A DNA stretch of 64,000 nucleotides from Solirubrobacteraceae bacterium. GTDB taxonomy: Bacteria > Actinomycetota > Thermoleophilia > Solirubrobacterales > Solirubrobacteraceae. Of this stretch, positions 1 through 9,073 are shown one piece after another. The first letter of the stretch is position 1, and every line of letters begins with the position of its first letter. A program made the position numbers and the translations under genes. The notes below the pieces were generated by a model. It was not told the DNA's origin and ran no database searches. It saw nothing but the letters and a program-made list of their open reading frames with translations. The DNA lies in the NCBI GenBank assembly GCA_036264095.1, contig DATARO010000080.1, positions 14,853-78,852 of the forward strand, written 5' to 3'.

Positions 1-1180
1 GGTCGGTGGCTCCGAAGACGAACACCAGGAATATCCAGCTCATGAACGCCACGCCGAAGGCGGTGCGCGTCGGCGCCTCCCGAGGACGGTCGAGCACGTT
101 GTGGACAGCGCGGTCGCGCGTGAAGACGCGCTCCACCCACGGGAAGGCGGCGAGCACCCCGAGCACGACGAGCGGGAACGCGACGCCGCCCCAGAACGGG
201 TTCGGGACGACCGTGTAGCTGCCGATCACGACATCGAAGCCCGGCATCAGCCGCAGCGCCCCGATCAACCAGCCCAGGTACCAGTCGGGCTGCGCGCCGT
301 TCGTCGCCAGCCATGGCTCGTAGGGACCCCACTGCCAGATCGGGTTGATCTGCACGAGGCCGCCGAGCAGGAACAGCACGGCCATCACGACGAGCATCAG
401 CGCGAGCGAGCGCGGGACCTGGGCGGGGAACATCGGCATCCCGATCAGCCGGCGGTCGGTGTGGCGCCGGTCGCGGCGGAACTGGGTGTGGTGGCGGGCG
501 GCGACGAGCGCGAGATGCGCGGCGATCAAGACGGTCAGCAGCGCGGGGAGCAGGAACACGTGCGCGATGTACATGCGCGACTCGAACAGGCCCTTGCCGG
601 GGAACGGGGCGCCGAAGACCAGCAGCGCCAGCGGGCCGCCGAGCAGCGGCACCGACAGCAGCACGCCGTATCCGATCGCGAGCCCGATGCCGGAGAGGAG
701 GTCGTCGACGAGCGAGTAGCCGAGATAGCCCTCGAGCAGCGAGGTGAACAGCAGCAGCAGCCCCAGCAGCCACGTCAGCTCACGCGGCTTGCGGTAGGCG
801 CCGGTGAAGAACACCCGCATCAGGTGCAGCACGATCGACGCCAGGAACACGTCGGCGGCCCAGTGATGCGTCTGCCGGATCAGGAGCCCGGCCTTGTACG
901 ACAGCGAGATTTCGACGACCGACTTGTAGGCCTCGCTCATCTGCTGGCCCTGGAGCGGGGCGTAGGCGCCGTGGTAGGTCGTCTTCGCCACGCTCGGGTC
1001 GAAGAACAGCGCGAGGTAGGTCCCGGTCAGGATCAGCGTGATGAACGCATACAGCGCTATCTCACCGAGAAGGAAGGACCAGTGGTCGGGGAACAGATAG
1101 CGAAGGGCCTTCTTGATCAGGCCAGCCGAGGCGGTCCGTTCGTCGACGAAGCGGACGGGATCGAGCACGCGGTCGCTCAC
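1..1180 (-). CDS. qcrB: Cytochrome bc1 complex cytochrome b subunit (runs off the window edge)
   Basis: Manual translation from GTG at 1180: MSDRVLDPVRFVDERT...YLFPDHWSFLLGEIALY...IRQTHHWAA...LHLMRVFFTGAYRKPRELTW. GTGA overlap with the qcrA stop. Not in the ORF track. Confidence 0.95.
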   Translation of the reverse strand, partial: MSDRVLDPVRFVDERTASAGLIKKALRYLFPDHWSFLLGEIALYAFITLILTGTYLALFFDPSVAKTTYHGAYAPLQGQQMSEAYKSVVEISLSYKAGLLIRQTHHWAADVFLASIVLHLMRVFFTGAYRKPRELTWLLGLLLLFTSLLEGYLGYSLVDDLLSGIGLAIGYGVLLSVPLLGGPLALLVFGAPFPGKGLFESRMYIAHVFLLPALLTVLIAAHLALVAARHHTQFRRDRRHTDRRLIGMPMFPAQVPRSLALMLVVMAVLFLLGGLVQINPIWQWGPYEPWLATNGAQPDWYLGWLIGALRLMPGFDVVIGSYTVVPNPFWGGVAFPLVVLGVLAAFPWVERVFTRDRAVHNVLDRPREAPTRTAFGVAFMSWIFLVFVFGATD

Positions 1181-2250
1181 GCCGGCTGCTCCCTCACGCC
1201 CCACCACGCCGGCCCGACGCGGCCCGAGAGGTCGCCTGCCGCGGCGAGGTAGCCGTTGACGTCGATCATCAGGGGCAGCTGGGGCAGCGGGCGCCCGGCG
1301 GGTCCGAAGATCACGCGCGCGCCGTCCGCGGGGTCGAACGTCGAGTAGTGGCACGGGCACACGAGCGCGGGGCGCGGCTCGGTGACGGGGAAGCGCGGCT
1401 TGCGGTAGAGGTTGATCGCGCAGCCCGCGTGCGTGCAGATGCGGGAGTACGCGAGGATCCCGTACGGCGCCCACGACTCGCGGCCGCGCGGGAGCTTCAG
1501 CGCCGACGGCTGCAGGCGCACCACGACGAGCAGCGAGGAGATGTCCTCCTGGTCCCAGCCCTCCGCGAAGGCGCTGTAGAACGTCTCTTCTTCGATGGCG
1601 CTCGCGCGCAGCGGCTTGCCGTCGACGCCGACCAGCCTGCGGCCGCGCCGCCAGGGCGTCGCATCGAGCGGTCGGGTGTCCCACAGCGGGCCGAGCGAGA
1701 GCACCGGTGCGAGACCGGCGAGCCCGAGCGCGCCGCCGGCGGTGGAGGCGGCGCCGATCAGGAGCTTGCGGCGCGTGATCCCGCCCGCGCTGTCGCGGAC
1801 GAGCTGCGCGATCTCCTCCTGCGCCTCGGGGTCCTCCCGCGGGTAGTCCTCTGCGATCTCCTCGCTGGCGACCAGGCGCCGCGCAACCACGACGAGCGCG
1901 GCGGCGAGGAACAGCAGCGAGCCCGCGATGCAGGCGCCGAGCAGCTGGTTGGGCATCGAGCCCGGACTGAAGACGGCGTACACCACGACGAAGCCGGCAG
2001 CGAACAGCGCCGCGAGCAGCAGCAGCGCCGCGACGAGCAGCTCCGCGCTGCTGTCGGGCTCGGGGTGCGGCGCCACGTGCCCGGGCGGGGGCGGGCTCGA
2101 GACGTGGACCCGGTGCTCGGCATCCTCGCCGTCGCGCTCGCGGCGGCGGCGGCGGAGGCGTCCGTAGAAGATCGCCACGGCCGCGAGCAGCCATCCGATC
2201 GCGCGTCGGCCCCGGCCGGGCCGCGACTCCCCTGAGGGCGGGCGGCTCAC
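1177..2250 (-). CDS. qcrA: Rieske 2Fe-2S subunit of cytochrome bc1
   Basis: C-terminal part of ORF 1177..3039. Motifs CTHAGC and CPCHYSTF, N-terminal TM helices, internal TRRKLL. GTG at 2250 overlaps the qcrC stop. Confidence 0.93.
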   Translation of the reverse strand: MSRPPSGESRPGRGRRAIGWLLAAVAIFYGRLRRRRRERDGEDAEHRVHVSSPPPPGHVAPHPEPDSSAELLVAALLLLAALFAAGFVVVYAVFSPGSMPNQLLGACIAGSLLFLAAALVVVARRLVASEEIAEDYPREDPEAQEEIAQLVRDSAGGITRRKLLIGAASTAGGALGLAGLAPVLSLGPLWDTRPLDATPWRRGRRLVGVDGKPLRASAIEEETFYSAFAEGWDQEDISSLLVVVRLQPSALKLPRGRESWAPYGILAYSRICTHAGCAINLYRKPRFPVTEPRPALVCPCHYSTFDPADGARVIFGPAGRPLPQLPLMIDVNGYLAAAGDLSGRVGPAWWGVREQPA

Positions 2251-3065
2251 GAGCGCAGCCTCCGCGAGACGGCCAGGCAGGAGACGCCGAGCAGCAGCGC
2301 GGCGAGCCAGGCGACCATGCCCTCGGGGATCGGCCCGAGGTTCCCGATCGACCAGCCGCCGCGGTTGTCGGGCTTGTTCGTCGTGAGCACGTACCTGACG
2401 ATCGAGGCCAGCTGGGATTCGGAGATCTGGCTCGCCGGGAAGCGCGGCATCAGGTAGGGGCCGATGCGCACGGCCTCGGCGATCTCGCTCGCGTCGATCC
2501 CCTGCAGTGGCGGGACGCGGGCGCCCGTGACGTAGCCGCCGCGCCCGAGGCTCTGATGGCATCCGGCGCAGTCTTCGGTGAACAGCTGGAACCCGCGCGA
2601 GACGTTGCCCCGGCGGACTTCCGGGTGGAGGATCCCCGGCCCTTTGCCGAGCGACGCCACGAACGCCGTCATGGAGGCGATCTCGGTCGGCGTGAACTGC
2701 ACGGGATGGTTGGCCGGCTCGTCGTGGATGCCGGCGAGCGGCATGAAGCCGGTGCGCAGATAGAAGTCCGCCGCCAGCGCGCCGACCCCTTGCAGCGGCG
2801 GGCCGGCTCCGGGCACGACGCCGGCGCCGATGCGCGGGCGGCTGATCCCTTCGCCGGCGATCCCGTGGCAGCTCGCGCAGTTCGCGCTGAACAGCTGCCG
2901 GCCGAGCTCGAGCGACGGTGTGGACGGCTCGGACGAGGGCCGCACGATGCCGTTCTGGGAGGCGGCGAGCGCCGTCGTCACGCCGCCCGCCAGGCCGACG
3001 AGCGTCAGCACCGCGGCCGCGCGGGCGAGCCAGCTGCAAGCGGTCTGGCGGCTCGGCGCGGTCAT
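2247..3065 (-). CDS. qcrC: Diheme cytochrome c subunit of bc1
   Basis: Two CxxCH motifs (CASCH, CAGCH); C-terminal GPIPEG plus TM anchor. Confidence 0.93.
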   Translation of the reverse strand: MTAPSRQTACSWLARAAAVLTLVGLAGGVTTALAASQNGIVRPSSEPSTPSLELGRQLFSANCASCHGIAGEGISRPRIGAGVVPGAGPPLQGVGALAADFYLRTGFMPLAGIHDEPANHPVQFTPTEIASMTAFVASLGKGPGILHPEVRRGNVSRGFQLFTEDCAGCHQSLGRGGYVTGARVPPLQGIDASEIAEAVRIGPYLMPRFPASQISESQLASIVRYVLTTNKPDNRGGWSIGNLGPIPEGMVAWLAALLLGVSCLAVSRRLRS

Positions 3066-3475
3066 GACTGCCGGCAGAGCGTGAGCAGCGGGTGACCGAT
3101 CGCGACCATCGCGCAGATCACCGCTGGAAACGGATTGACGGTCAGCGCCACGGCCGAGAGGAAGTGGATGCGCCCGGTGGCGATGTCATCGGGCTCCTGG
3201 GTGCCCGGATCGGCGCGCGTGGCTCTGAAGACTGCGAGTGCGAGCAGCTCGGCGGCGACCCCGACGATGAACCCAGCTCCTCCGAGCGCCGCCGCGATCG
3301 CGTGCACCGGGAACTGGAAGCGGGCGTCCGGGGACTCACAGCGCGCGAGGCTGAACTGCATCGCGAACAGGAACTGCAGCGCCCACGCGGCGGGGCCGGC
3401 GAGGACGGCGAGCCACACCAACCGGCCCAGTCGCGACAGGCTCCGGCTCGCACGTGTCTGCACGGCGGGGCTCAT
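3062..3475 (-). CDS. Hypothetical membrane protein (about 3 TM), 137 aa, inside the respiratory operon
   Basis: MSPAVQTRAS...LCRQS. ATGA overlaps with both neighbours; hydrophobic segments. Confidence 0.75.
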   Translation of the reverse strand: MSPAVQTRASRSLSRLGRLVWLAVLAGPAAWALQFLFAMQFSLARCESPDARFQFPVHAIAAALGGAGFIVGVAAELLALAVFRATRADPGTQEPDDIATGRIHFLSAVALTVNPFPAVICAMVAIGHPLLTLCRQS

Positions 3476-4137
3476 AGGACCGGGGTCAGCTCGGTCAGCA
3501 GCACCGCGACCGCGATCACGTTGACGACGTGCCAGTAGAGCGCCACGCAGCGCACGCCGGTGACGCGGTAGTCCGAGAGCCCCGAGAGCGCCAGCCAGAA
3601 GAGCATCCCGAGGTCGAGCAGCACGCCGAGCAGCACGTGCGCGTGATGCAGCCCCAGCAGGGCGATGTACGCCGACGCGTAGGCGCTGCCCTGCGGCGGC
3701 AGCGAGTGGACCTGGTCGACCAGGTCGTGGAGCTGGTAGGCGAGGTATCCGGACTGCACGAACGCCGCCAGGCCGAGGAGCGCCATCGTCGCCGCCCTTC
3801 GCCCGGCGATCGCGCGGCGCGCGGCGAGCGCCACCGGGACCGACGTGGTGACCAGCACCGCCGTCAGGATCGAGGGGATGAGCGTTTCCGGGAGCCTGGC
3901 GCCGGCCGGGGGCCAGCGCGTCGCGCGGAAGTCGAGGTAGAAGTAGCTCGAGATCAACCCGGCGAACAGCATCGACTCGGCGCCGAGGAACAGCGCCATG
4001 CCCCACATCCCGCTCGGCAGTGCGCGCCGGCGCGAGGCGACGCGCCCGGCCGCGGCGGGGGTCGGGGCGAGCGACGGCCGCTGCGGGGCGAGCGAGAGCT
4101 CGCGACCGCCCGCCGCGTCGGGGTGGGCGCCGCTCAT
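3472..4137 (-). CDS. ctaE: Cytochrome c oxidase subunit III (short form)
   Basis: GMALFLGAESMLFAGLISSYF...SAYIALLGLHHAHV...YWHVV; ATG at 4137. Confidence 0.9.
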   Translation of the reverse strand: MSGAHPDAAGGRELSLAPQRPSLAPTPAAAGRVASRRRALPSGMWGMALFLGAESMLFAGLISSYFYLDFRATRWPPAGARLPETLIPSILTAVLVTTSVPVALAARRAIAGRRAATMALLGLAAFVQSGYLAYQLHDLVDQVHSLPPQGSAYASAYIALLGLHHAHVLLGVLLDLGMLFWLALSGLSDYRVTGVRCVALYWHVVNVIAVAVLLTELTPVL

Positions 4138-6062
4138 CGAGCGCCTCCCTCGGCGGCCGGCTTCTCGCCGCGCGGCGGGACGTGCCACGCGACCAGCAGC
4201 GCCGCCGCGAGCCCGCCGATTCCGGCCGCGATCAGGAAGTGCGCGAGCACCAGCGCGATGAAGCCGGCGAACACGACCGCTCCCACCAGCGCCGGCAGCG
4301 GAGAGCTCGGCGGCATCGCGAGCACCTCGTCGAGCAGGGCGTCCTGGACGGTGGTCCCCGGCGTCTCGTGCCCGCGCGCGAGCAGCCCCTGGCCGCGCTC
4401 GAGGCGGCGGCGATCGCGCTCGCGGTCCTCCTCGTCCCACATCGGGTAGGCGCTCGACACGGTCGGGATGACCGCGTAGTTGTAAGCCGGGGGTGGGGAG
4501 GACGTGGCCCACTCGAGCGTGTCGCCGCCCCATGGATCGGCCCCGGCGGGCGCGCCTTTGAAGAGGCTGACCGCGAGGTTGACGATCACCAGCAACAGGC
4601 CGGCGGCGAGCAGGTAGGCGCCGGCCGACTCCAGCGCGTTCAGCGTCGTCCAACCGCTCGCCGCCGTGTAGGTGTAGATGCGCCGCGGCATCCCTTCGAT
4701 GCCGGCGATGTGCATCGGGAAGAACGTGACGAGCGTGCCGATGAAGCTGAGCCAGAAGCTGAGCTTGCCGACCCCTTCGTGGTACATGCGGCCCGTGACC
4801 TTCGGGAACCAGTAGTAGAGGCCGCCGAGGATCGGGAACACGGCGCCGCCGAAGATCACGAAGTGGAAGTGGGCGACGATGTAGTAGCTCGCGTTCACCT
4901 GCTGGTCGAACGGGATCGCGGCCACCGTGACGCCCGACAGCCCGCCGATGATGAAGAACACGATGAAGCCGATGATCCACAGCAGCGGCGTCGTGAACTC
5001 GGGCTTTCCCGTCAGGATCGTCGTGATCCACGCGAACAGCTGGATCGCGCTCGGGATCACGATGATCAGGCTCGTCGCGGCGAAGTAGACCGTCACGAGC
5101 GTCGGCAGGCCGACCGCGAACATGTGGTGCGCCCACACCCCGAAGCCGAGGAACGCGACCAGCAGCTCCGCCAGCGCGACCATCGGGAACATCACCATCC
5201 GTCGGTGCACGAACGTCGGGATGATCGAGGTCGCGATCCCGAACGCGGGCAGGATGATGATGTAGACCTCGGGGTGGCCGAAGATCCAGAACAGGTTCTG
5301 CCACAGCAGCGGATCGCCTCCGAAGCCGGCGTCGTAGAAGTGGAAGCCGAGCTGCCGGTCGAGCTCGAGGAAGATCGTGGCGAGCGTCAGCGCCGGCAGC
5401 GCGAACACGAGCGAGAAGGCGGCGGCGAGGAACGCGTAGCAGAACAGCGGCATGCGATTCAGCGACATGCCGGGCGCGCGCAGCTTGAAGATCGTGACGA
5501 TGATGTTGATCGCGGTCGCAGTGCTGGCGATCCCGTTGAAGATCAGGCCGTAGCCGTAGAAGTCGATGTTGGTGCCGGGGTCGAACTGCTTTGACGCGAG
5601 CGGGACGTAGTCGAACCAGCCGGCGTTCGGCGCCTGGCCGGTGGCGAGCGCGACGTACAGGAACACGCCGGACCCGAGGAAGATCCAGAACGAGACAGCG
5701 TTCATGCGCGGGAAGGCCATGTCGCGCGCGCCGATCATCAGCGGCACGAGGTAGTTCCCGAACGCCCCCGTCGTCATCGGGATCACGACGAGGAAGATCA
5801 TCGTGATGCCGTGCATGGTGAAGATCTCGTCGTATGTCTCAGGCGAGAGCAGGTGCTGCTGCGGGCCGATCAGCTGCGTGCGGATCAACAGCGCCTCGAC
5901 TCCGCCGGCGGCGAAGAACGCCATCGAGGCGAACAGGTACATCAGCCCGATGCGCTTGTGATCGACCGTGGTGACCCAGCCGAACACGCCTTTGCGCTCC
6001 TCCCAGACGCGCTCGAGGAGCTCGACATGAGCGCGTGCCGGAGGTGAGAGGGTGCTCGCCAT
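4134..6062 (-). CDS. ctaD: Heme-copper oxidase subunit I (A-type GHPEVY), with C-terminal extra TM pair
   Basis: DHKRIG, FTMHG, DMAFPRMN, WIFGHPEVY, WAHHMF, AHFHFV, GMPRR; ATG at 6062. Confidence 0.97.
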   Translation of the reverse strand: MASTLSPPARAHVELLERVWEERKGVFGWVTTVDHKRIGLMYLFASMAFFAAGGVEALLIRTQLIGPQQHLLSPETYDEIFTMHGITMIFLVVIPMTTGAFGNYLVPLMIGARDMAFPRMNAVSFWIFLGSGVFLYVALATGQAPNAGWFDYVPLASKQFDPGTNIDFYGYGLIFNGIASTATAINIIVTIFKLRAPGMSLNRMPLFCYAFLAAAFSLVFALPALTLATIFLELDRQLGFHFYDAGFGGDPLLWQNLFWIFGHPEVYIIILPAFGIATSIIPTFVHRRMVMFPMVALAELLVAFLGFGVWAHHMFAVGLPTLVTVYFAATSLIIVIPSAIQLFAWITTILTGKPEFTTPLLWIIGFIVFFIIGGLSGVTVAAIPFDQQVNASYYIVAHFHFVIFGGAVFPILGGLYYWFPKVTGRMYHEGVGKLSFWLSFIGTLVTFFPMHIAGIEGMPRRIYTYTAASGWTTLNALESAGAYLLAAGLLLVIVNLAVSLFKGAPAGADPWGGDTLEWATSSPPPAYNYAVIPTVSSAYPMWDEEDRERDRRRLERGQGLLARGHETPGTTVQDALLDEVLAMPPSSPLPALVGAVVFAGFIALVLAHFLIAAGIGGLAAALLVAWHVPPRGEKPAAEGGAR

Positions 6063-6064
6063 CG

Positions 6065-7141
6065 TCAACGCATCTCGCCGAGGAAGGCAGCGACCTTCTT
6101 CGCCTGGGCGCCGCTCAGACCGAGGTCGGGCATGTGGTTCCCGGGCTTGATCGCCTGCGGGTTCTCGATCCAGGCTGCGAGCTCGGACGGCGTGTCGGGG
6201 ATCGTGAGCGCCGCGAGCGTCGAGCGCGTGGCGAGGTGCGTGAGGTCGGGCCCGACCGTTCCTTCGGCGCTCGTCCCGGCGAGCCGGTGGCATCCGCCGC
6301 ATCCCTTGGACATGAACAGCTGCTGCCCTTCGCGCTGTTCGCCGCTCGCCGGAGCGGCGGCCGGCCGCTCCATGTCGGCGAGCCATGCCTCGAACGACGC
6401 GCGCGGTTCCGCGATCACCGTGAAGCGCATGTACGAGTGCTGCAGCCCGCAGAATTCCGAGCACTGGCCGAGATAGGAGCCGGGGGAGGGGGCTTCGAGC
6501 AGGATCGCGTTGGTGCGCCCGGGGATCATGTCGATCTTGCGCGCGAGGCTCGGGACCCACAGGCTGTGGATGACGTCCGCCGTGGTCGCGTACAGGCGCA
6601 CGCGGGTCCCGGTCGGGATGTGGATTTCGTTGGCGCTGACGGCCGCGGTCCCCGGGTAGTGGATCTCCCACCACCACTGGTGGCCCTTCACTTCCACGGA
6701 CATGCTCGTCGAGCCCGCCGGGGGCGCCTCGCTGAAGCGCACGGCGTAGATGTCGCTCGCGCCGAAGAGCACCAGCAGCACGATCAGGGGCACGGCGATC
6801 CCGAACACGATCACCATCGCGCCGGCGAGGCTCTCGCGCTCGCCGACGAACGGCAGTCCGGCTCGCCCGCGCCGGACGTAGGCGAGCACCAGCAGCACGA
6901 CCGCGCCGGCGAAGACGACCCCCGCGGCGGCGAGCATCCACCACCACAGCACGGAGATCACGTGCGTCTGGTGGCTGTCCGAGCGCAGAATCGACTGCTG
7001 CCCGCCGCACCCGCTCAGAGCGGCGGCGGCGAGCAGGAGCAGAGCGAGCGCGCCGCGGCGCCGAGACCCTCCTCGCACGGGGCGCGCCTGCGGTCCGCCA
7101 CCAGCGACACCCTGCAGCCGCTCCTGCGAACCCGCGCGCAC
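6065..7141 (-). CDS. ctaC: Cytochrome c oxidase subunit II with fused cytochrome c (caa3 type), lipoprotein
   Basis: Lipobox LSGC; CuA ligands HSLW...CSEFCGLQHSYM; C-terminal CGGCH...MP. Confidence 0.95.
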   Translation of the reverse strand: MRAGSQERLQGVAGGGPQARPVRGGSRRRGALALLLLAAAALSGCGGQQSILRSDSHQTHVISVLWWWMLAAAGVVFAGAVVLLVLAYVRRGRAGLPFVGERESLAGAMVIVFGIAVPLIVLLVLFGASDIYAVRFSEAPPAGSTSMSVEVKGHQWWWEIHYPGTAAVSANEIHIPTGTRVRLYATTADVIHSLWVPSLARKIDMIPGRTNAILLEAPSPGSYLGQCSEFCGLQHSYMRFTVIAEPRASFEAWLADMERPAAAPASGEQREGQQLFMSKGCGGCHRLAGTSAEGTVGPDLTHLATRSTLAALTIPDTPSELAAWIENPQAIKPGNHMPDLGLSGAQAKKVAAFLGEMR

Positions 7142-7152
7142 ATAGGTCCGCC

Positions 7153-7176
7153 TACCCGGGGGTCATTCCGCCAAAC
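7153..7176 (-). promoter_or_regulatory. SigB/SigF-type promoter of the cta-qcr operon
   Basis: Minus strand GTTT-N15-GGGTA, ending 11 nt before GTG 7141. Confidence 0.75.
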
Positions 7177-7681
7177 GAGCGGGGATGTTCGCTCCGGTCG
7201 TGCCGGGCGGGAGCAGCAGGAACACGTCAGTTTCGATTCCATGGGTCGGGTCGCACGCGCTCGTCACGGAGCGCACTGACCACGTCAGGTGGCTTTGCAC
7301 CGCGGCGCGCAGCTCGCCGTGCAGGGCGCGCTGGATCGCGCGTCGCGCGAGCGCGACCTCCTGGACCGAGCCGGCTTCCACCAGCGTCTGCTGCCCGCGC
7401 GTCAAGATGCCCTCGAGCACGATCGTGAGAACGTCGTCCGCGAGCAGGCTCCGGGTCCTGGTCGGAGCGCGCCCGTGCGTGCGCTTGTAGATCGCCGCCA
7501 CCGAGCGTGAGAGCGCCGCGAGATCGGCGGCCTTCGGCGCCGCCGGCCTCGCCGGCGCGTCGCCGAGCCGTGCACGCCGCCGCCCCGGGCTGCGCCGCAC
7601 CCTGGCTGCGTCGCGAGCGACTTCCTGCACACGCCACTCGGCGGGCTCCGGTCCGCCGGGGTGGATGTTGTTGTCAGACAT
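7163..7681 (-). CDS. DUF2294 / MpsC-like protein
   Basis: AALSRSVAAIYKRTHGRAPTRTRSLLADDVLTIVLEGILT... resembles the family pattern. Confidence 0.7.
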   Translation of the reverse strand: MSDNNIHPGGPEPAEWRVQEVARDAARVRRSPGRRRARLGDAPARPAAPKAADLAALSRSVAAIYKRTHGRAPTRTRSLLADDVLTIVLEGILTRGQQTLVEAGSVQEVALARRAIQRALHGELRAAVQSHLTWSVRSVTSACDPTHGIETDVFLLLPPGTTGANIPARLAE

Positions 7682-8802
7682 CAGCGCTCATACCGTTCGG
7701 CGTCTCCTACTCGCAGCGAGAGTCCGAGCCCGGGCACCCCCGCGTCGGGCCAGAGCTTCCCTTCGCGCAGGACGGGCAAACCGTCGAACAGCAGCGACTC
7801 GATCCGCGCGTGGTCGTGGAAGTACTCCACGTGGGCGAGGGCAGGGATCGCGCTGCCCACATGGGCGTGGATCGACGGGCTGGTGTGTGCCGAGAGCGGA
7901 ACCGCGTTCGCCTCGCACAGCGCCGCCACCCTCAGCATCTGGGTCACGCCGCCGCAGCGGGTGACGTCGGCCTGCAGGACGTCGACGGCTCCCGCATCGA
8001 GCATGCGGCGGAAGTAGAAGAGGTCGTAGCCGTACTCGCCGGCGGCCACCGCCATCGGCGCGGGGACGCGGTCGCGTAGCAGGCGCAGGCCCTCCAGGTC
8101 ATCGGAGGAGACAGGCTCCTCGAACCATGTCGCGCCGGACTCCTCGACGAACGTGTGCGCGAGGCCGAGCGCCTGCTTGCGCTCATACGCGCCGTTGGCA
8201 TCGACGAACAGCTCGACATCCGGCCCGATCGCGTCTCGCGCGCGGCGGACGCGTTCGGGGTCGCGCCCCGGATCGGAGCCGACCTTCATCTTCACCCTCG
8301 CCATCCCGCCCTCGACCCAGGCGGCGAGCTGGTGCTCGAGGCGGGCGTCCGAGTAGGAGGTGAAGCCACCGCTGCCGTAGACCGGCACCCCGTCGTGCAC
8401 GCGCCCGAGAAGGCCGGACAGCGAGATGTTCAGCAGCCGCGCCTTCATGTCCCACAGCGCCGTATCGACCGCTGCGAGTGCGCTCGAGATCACGCCCGGG
8501 TAGCCGGCGTTGCGCACCGCCGCGCGCATCTTCTCCCAGGCGGCGCCCGGCGACGTCGCGTCGAGCCCCTGCACCACGCCCGCGAGCATCCCCTGGATCA
8601 CGTCCGCCGCGGCGGACGACGTGTACGAGAAGCCGATGCCGGTCTCGTCTCCGGCCGTCGCTTCGGCCAGCACGAGCGTCGTCGCATCCCATGCAAGCGT
8701 CCCGTCGGCCTCCGGGGCGTCGGTGGGGATCTCGAACACGCGCGCGCGCACGCGCTCCACGGCCGGCGCTCCGGTCGACGTGTCAACGGCCTGCGTGCTC
8801 AC
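7681..8802 (-). CDS. Mandelate racemase/muconate lactonizing enzyme family (enolase superfamily)
   Basis: VKMKVG, LFVDANG, WFEEP, AAGEY, LQADVTRCGG. Confidence 0.9.
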   Translation of the reverse strand: MSTQAVDTSTGAPAVERVRARVFEIPTDAPEADGTLAWDATTLVLAEATAGDETGIGFSYTSSAAADVIQGMLAGVVQGLDATSPGAAWEKMRAAVRNAGYPGVISSALAAVDTALWDMKARLLNISLSGLLGRVHDGVPVYGSGGFTSYSDARLEHQLAAWVEGGMARVKMKVGSDPGRDPERVRRARDAIGPDVELFVDANGAYERKQALGLAHTFVEESGATWFEEPVSSDDLEGLRLLRDRVPAPMAVAAGEYGYDLFYFRRMLDAGAVDVLQADVTRCGGVTQMLRVAALCEANAVPLSAHTSPSIHAHVGSAIPALAHVEYFHDHARIESLLFDGLPVLREGKLWPDAGVPGLGLSLRVGDAERYER

Positions 8803-8824
8803 CGCAGCACGGCTCCGTTACCGC

Positions 8825-9037
8825 TTACCGGCGCGTGCCCACGTAGCGGCTGTGCTGCTCGTTCTCGACCGCGACGTGCTCCGGTCGCTCCGGCGCATCG
8901 CGCCGGCCCTCGACCTTGTCGCGTTCGGGATGGAGCTGCCGGTTACGCAGCCCCGCGGCGATCGCATACACGCCGCCGCCGAGCACAGCCAGCACGATCA
9001 GGACCAGCAGGAGTATGAAGAAGCCTCCGATTTCCAC
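8825..9037 (-). CDS. Small single-TM protein (70 aa)
   Basis: MEIGGFFILLLVLIVLAVLGGGVY...; follows its own promoter motif. Confidence 0.75.
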   Translation of the reverse strand: MEIGGFFILLLVLIVLAVLGGGVYAIAAGLRNRQLHPERDKVEGRRDAPERPEHVAVENEQHSRYVGTRR

Positions 9038-9049
9038 TGCTTGGGCGCC

Positions 9050-9073
9050 TACCCGGGGCGTCCCTGCTCAAAC
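9050..9073 (-). promoter_or_regulatory. SigB/SigF-type promoter
   Basis: GTTT-N15-GGGTA, 12 nt before GTG 9037. Confidence 0.75.

Noticed and set aside
4134-7010. Apparent 958-aa, 784-aa (9068..11422) and 808-aa (32049..34475) fusion proteins
   Set aside because: The N-terminal parts are off-frame read-through of neighbouring genes; true starts are at 6062, 10891 and 32802.
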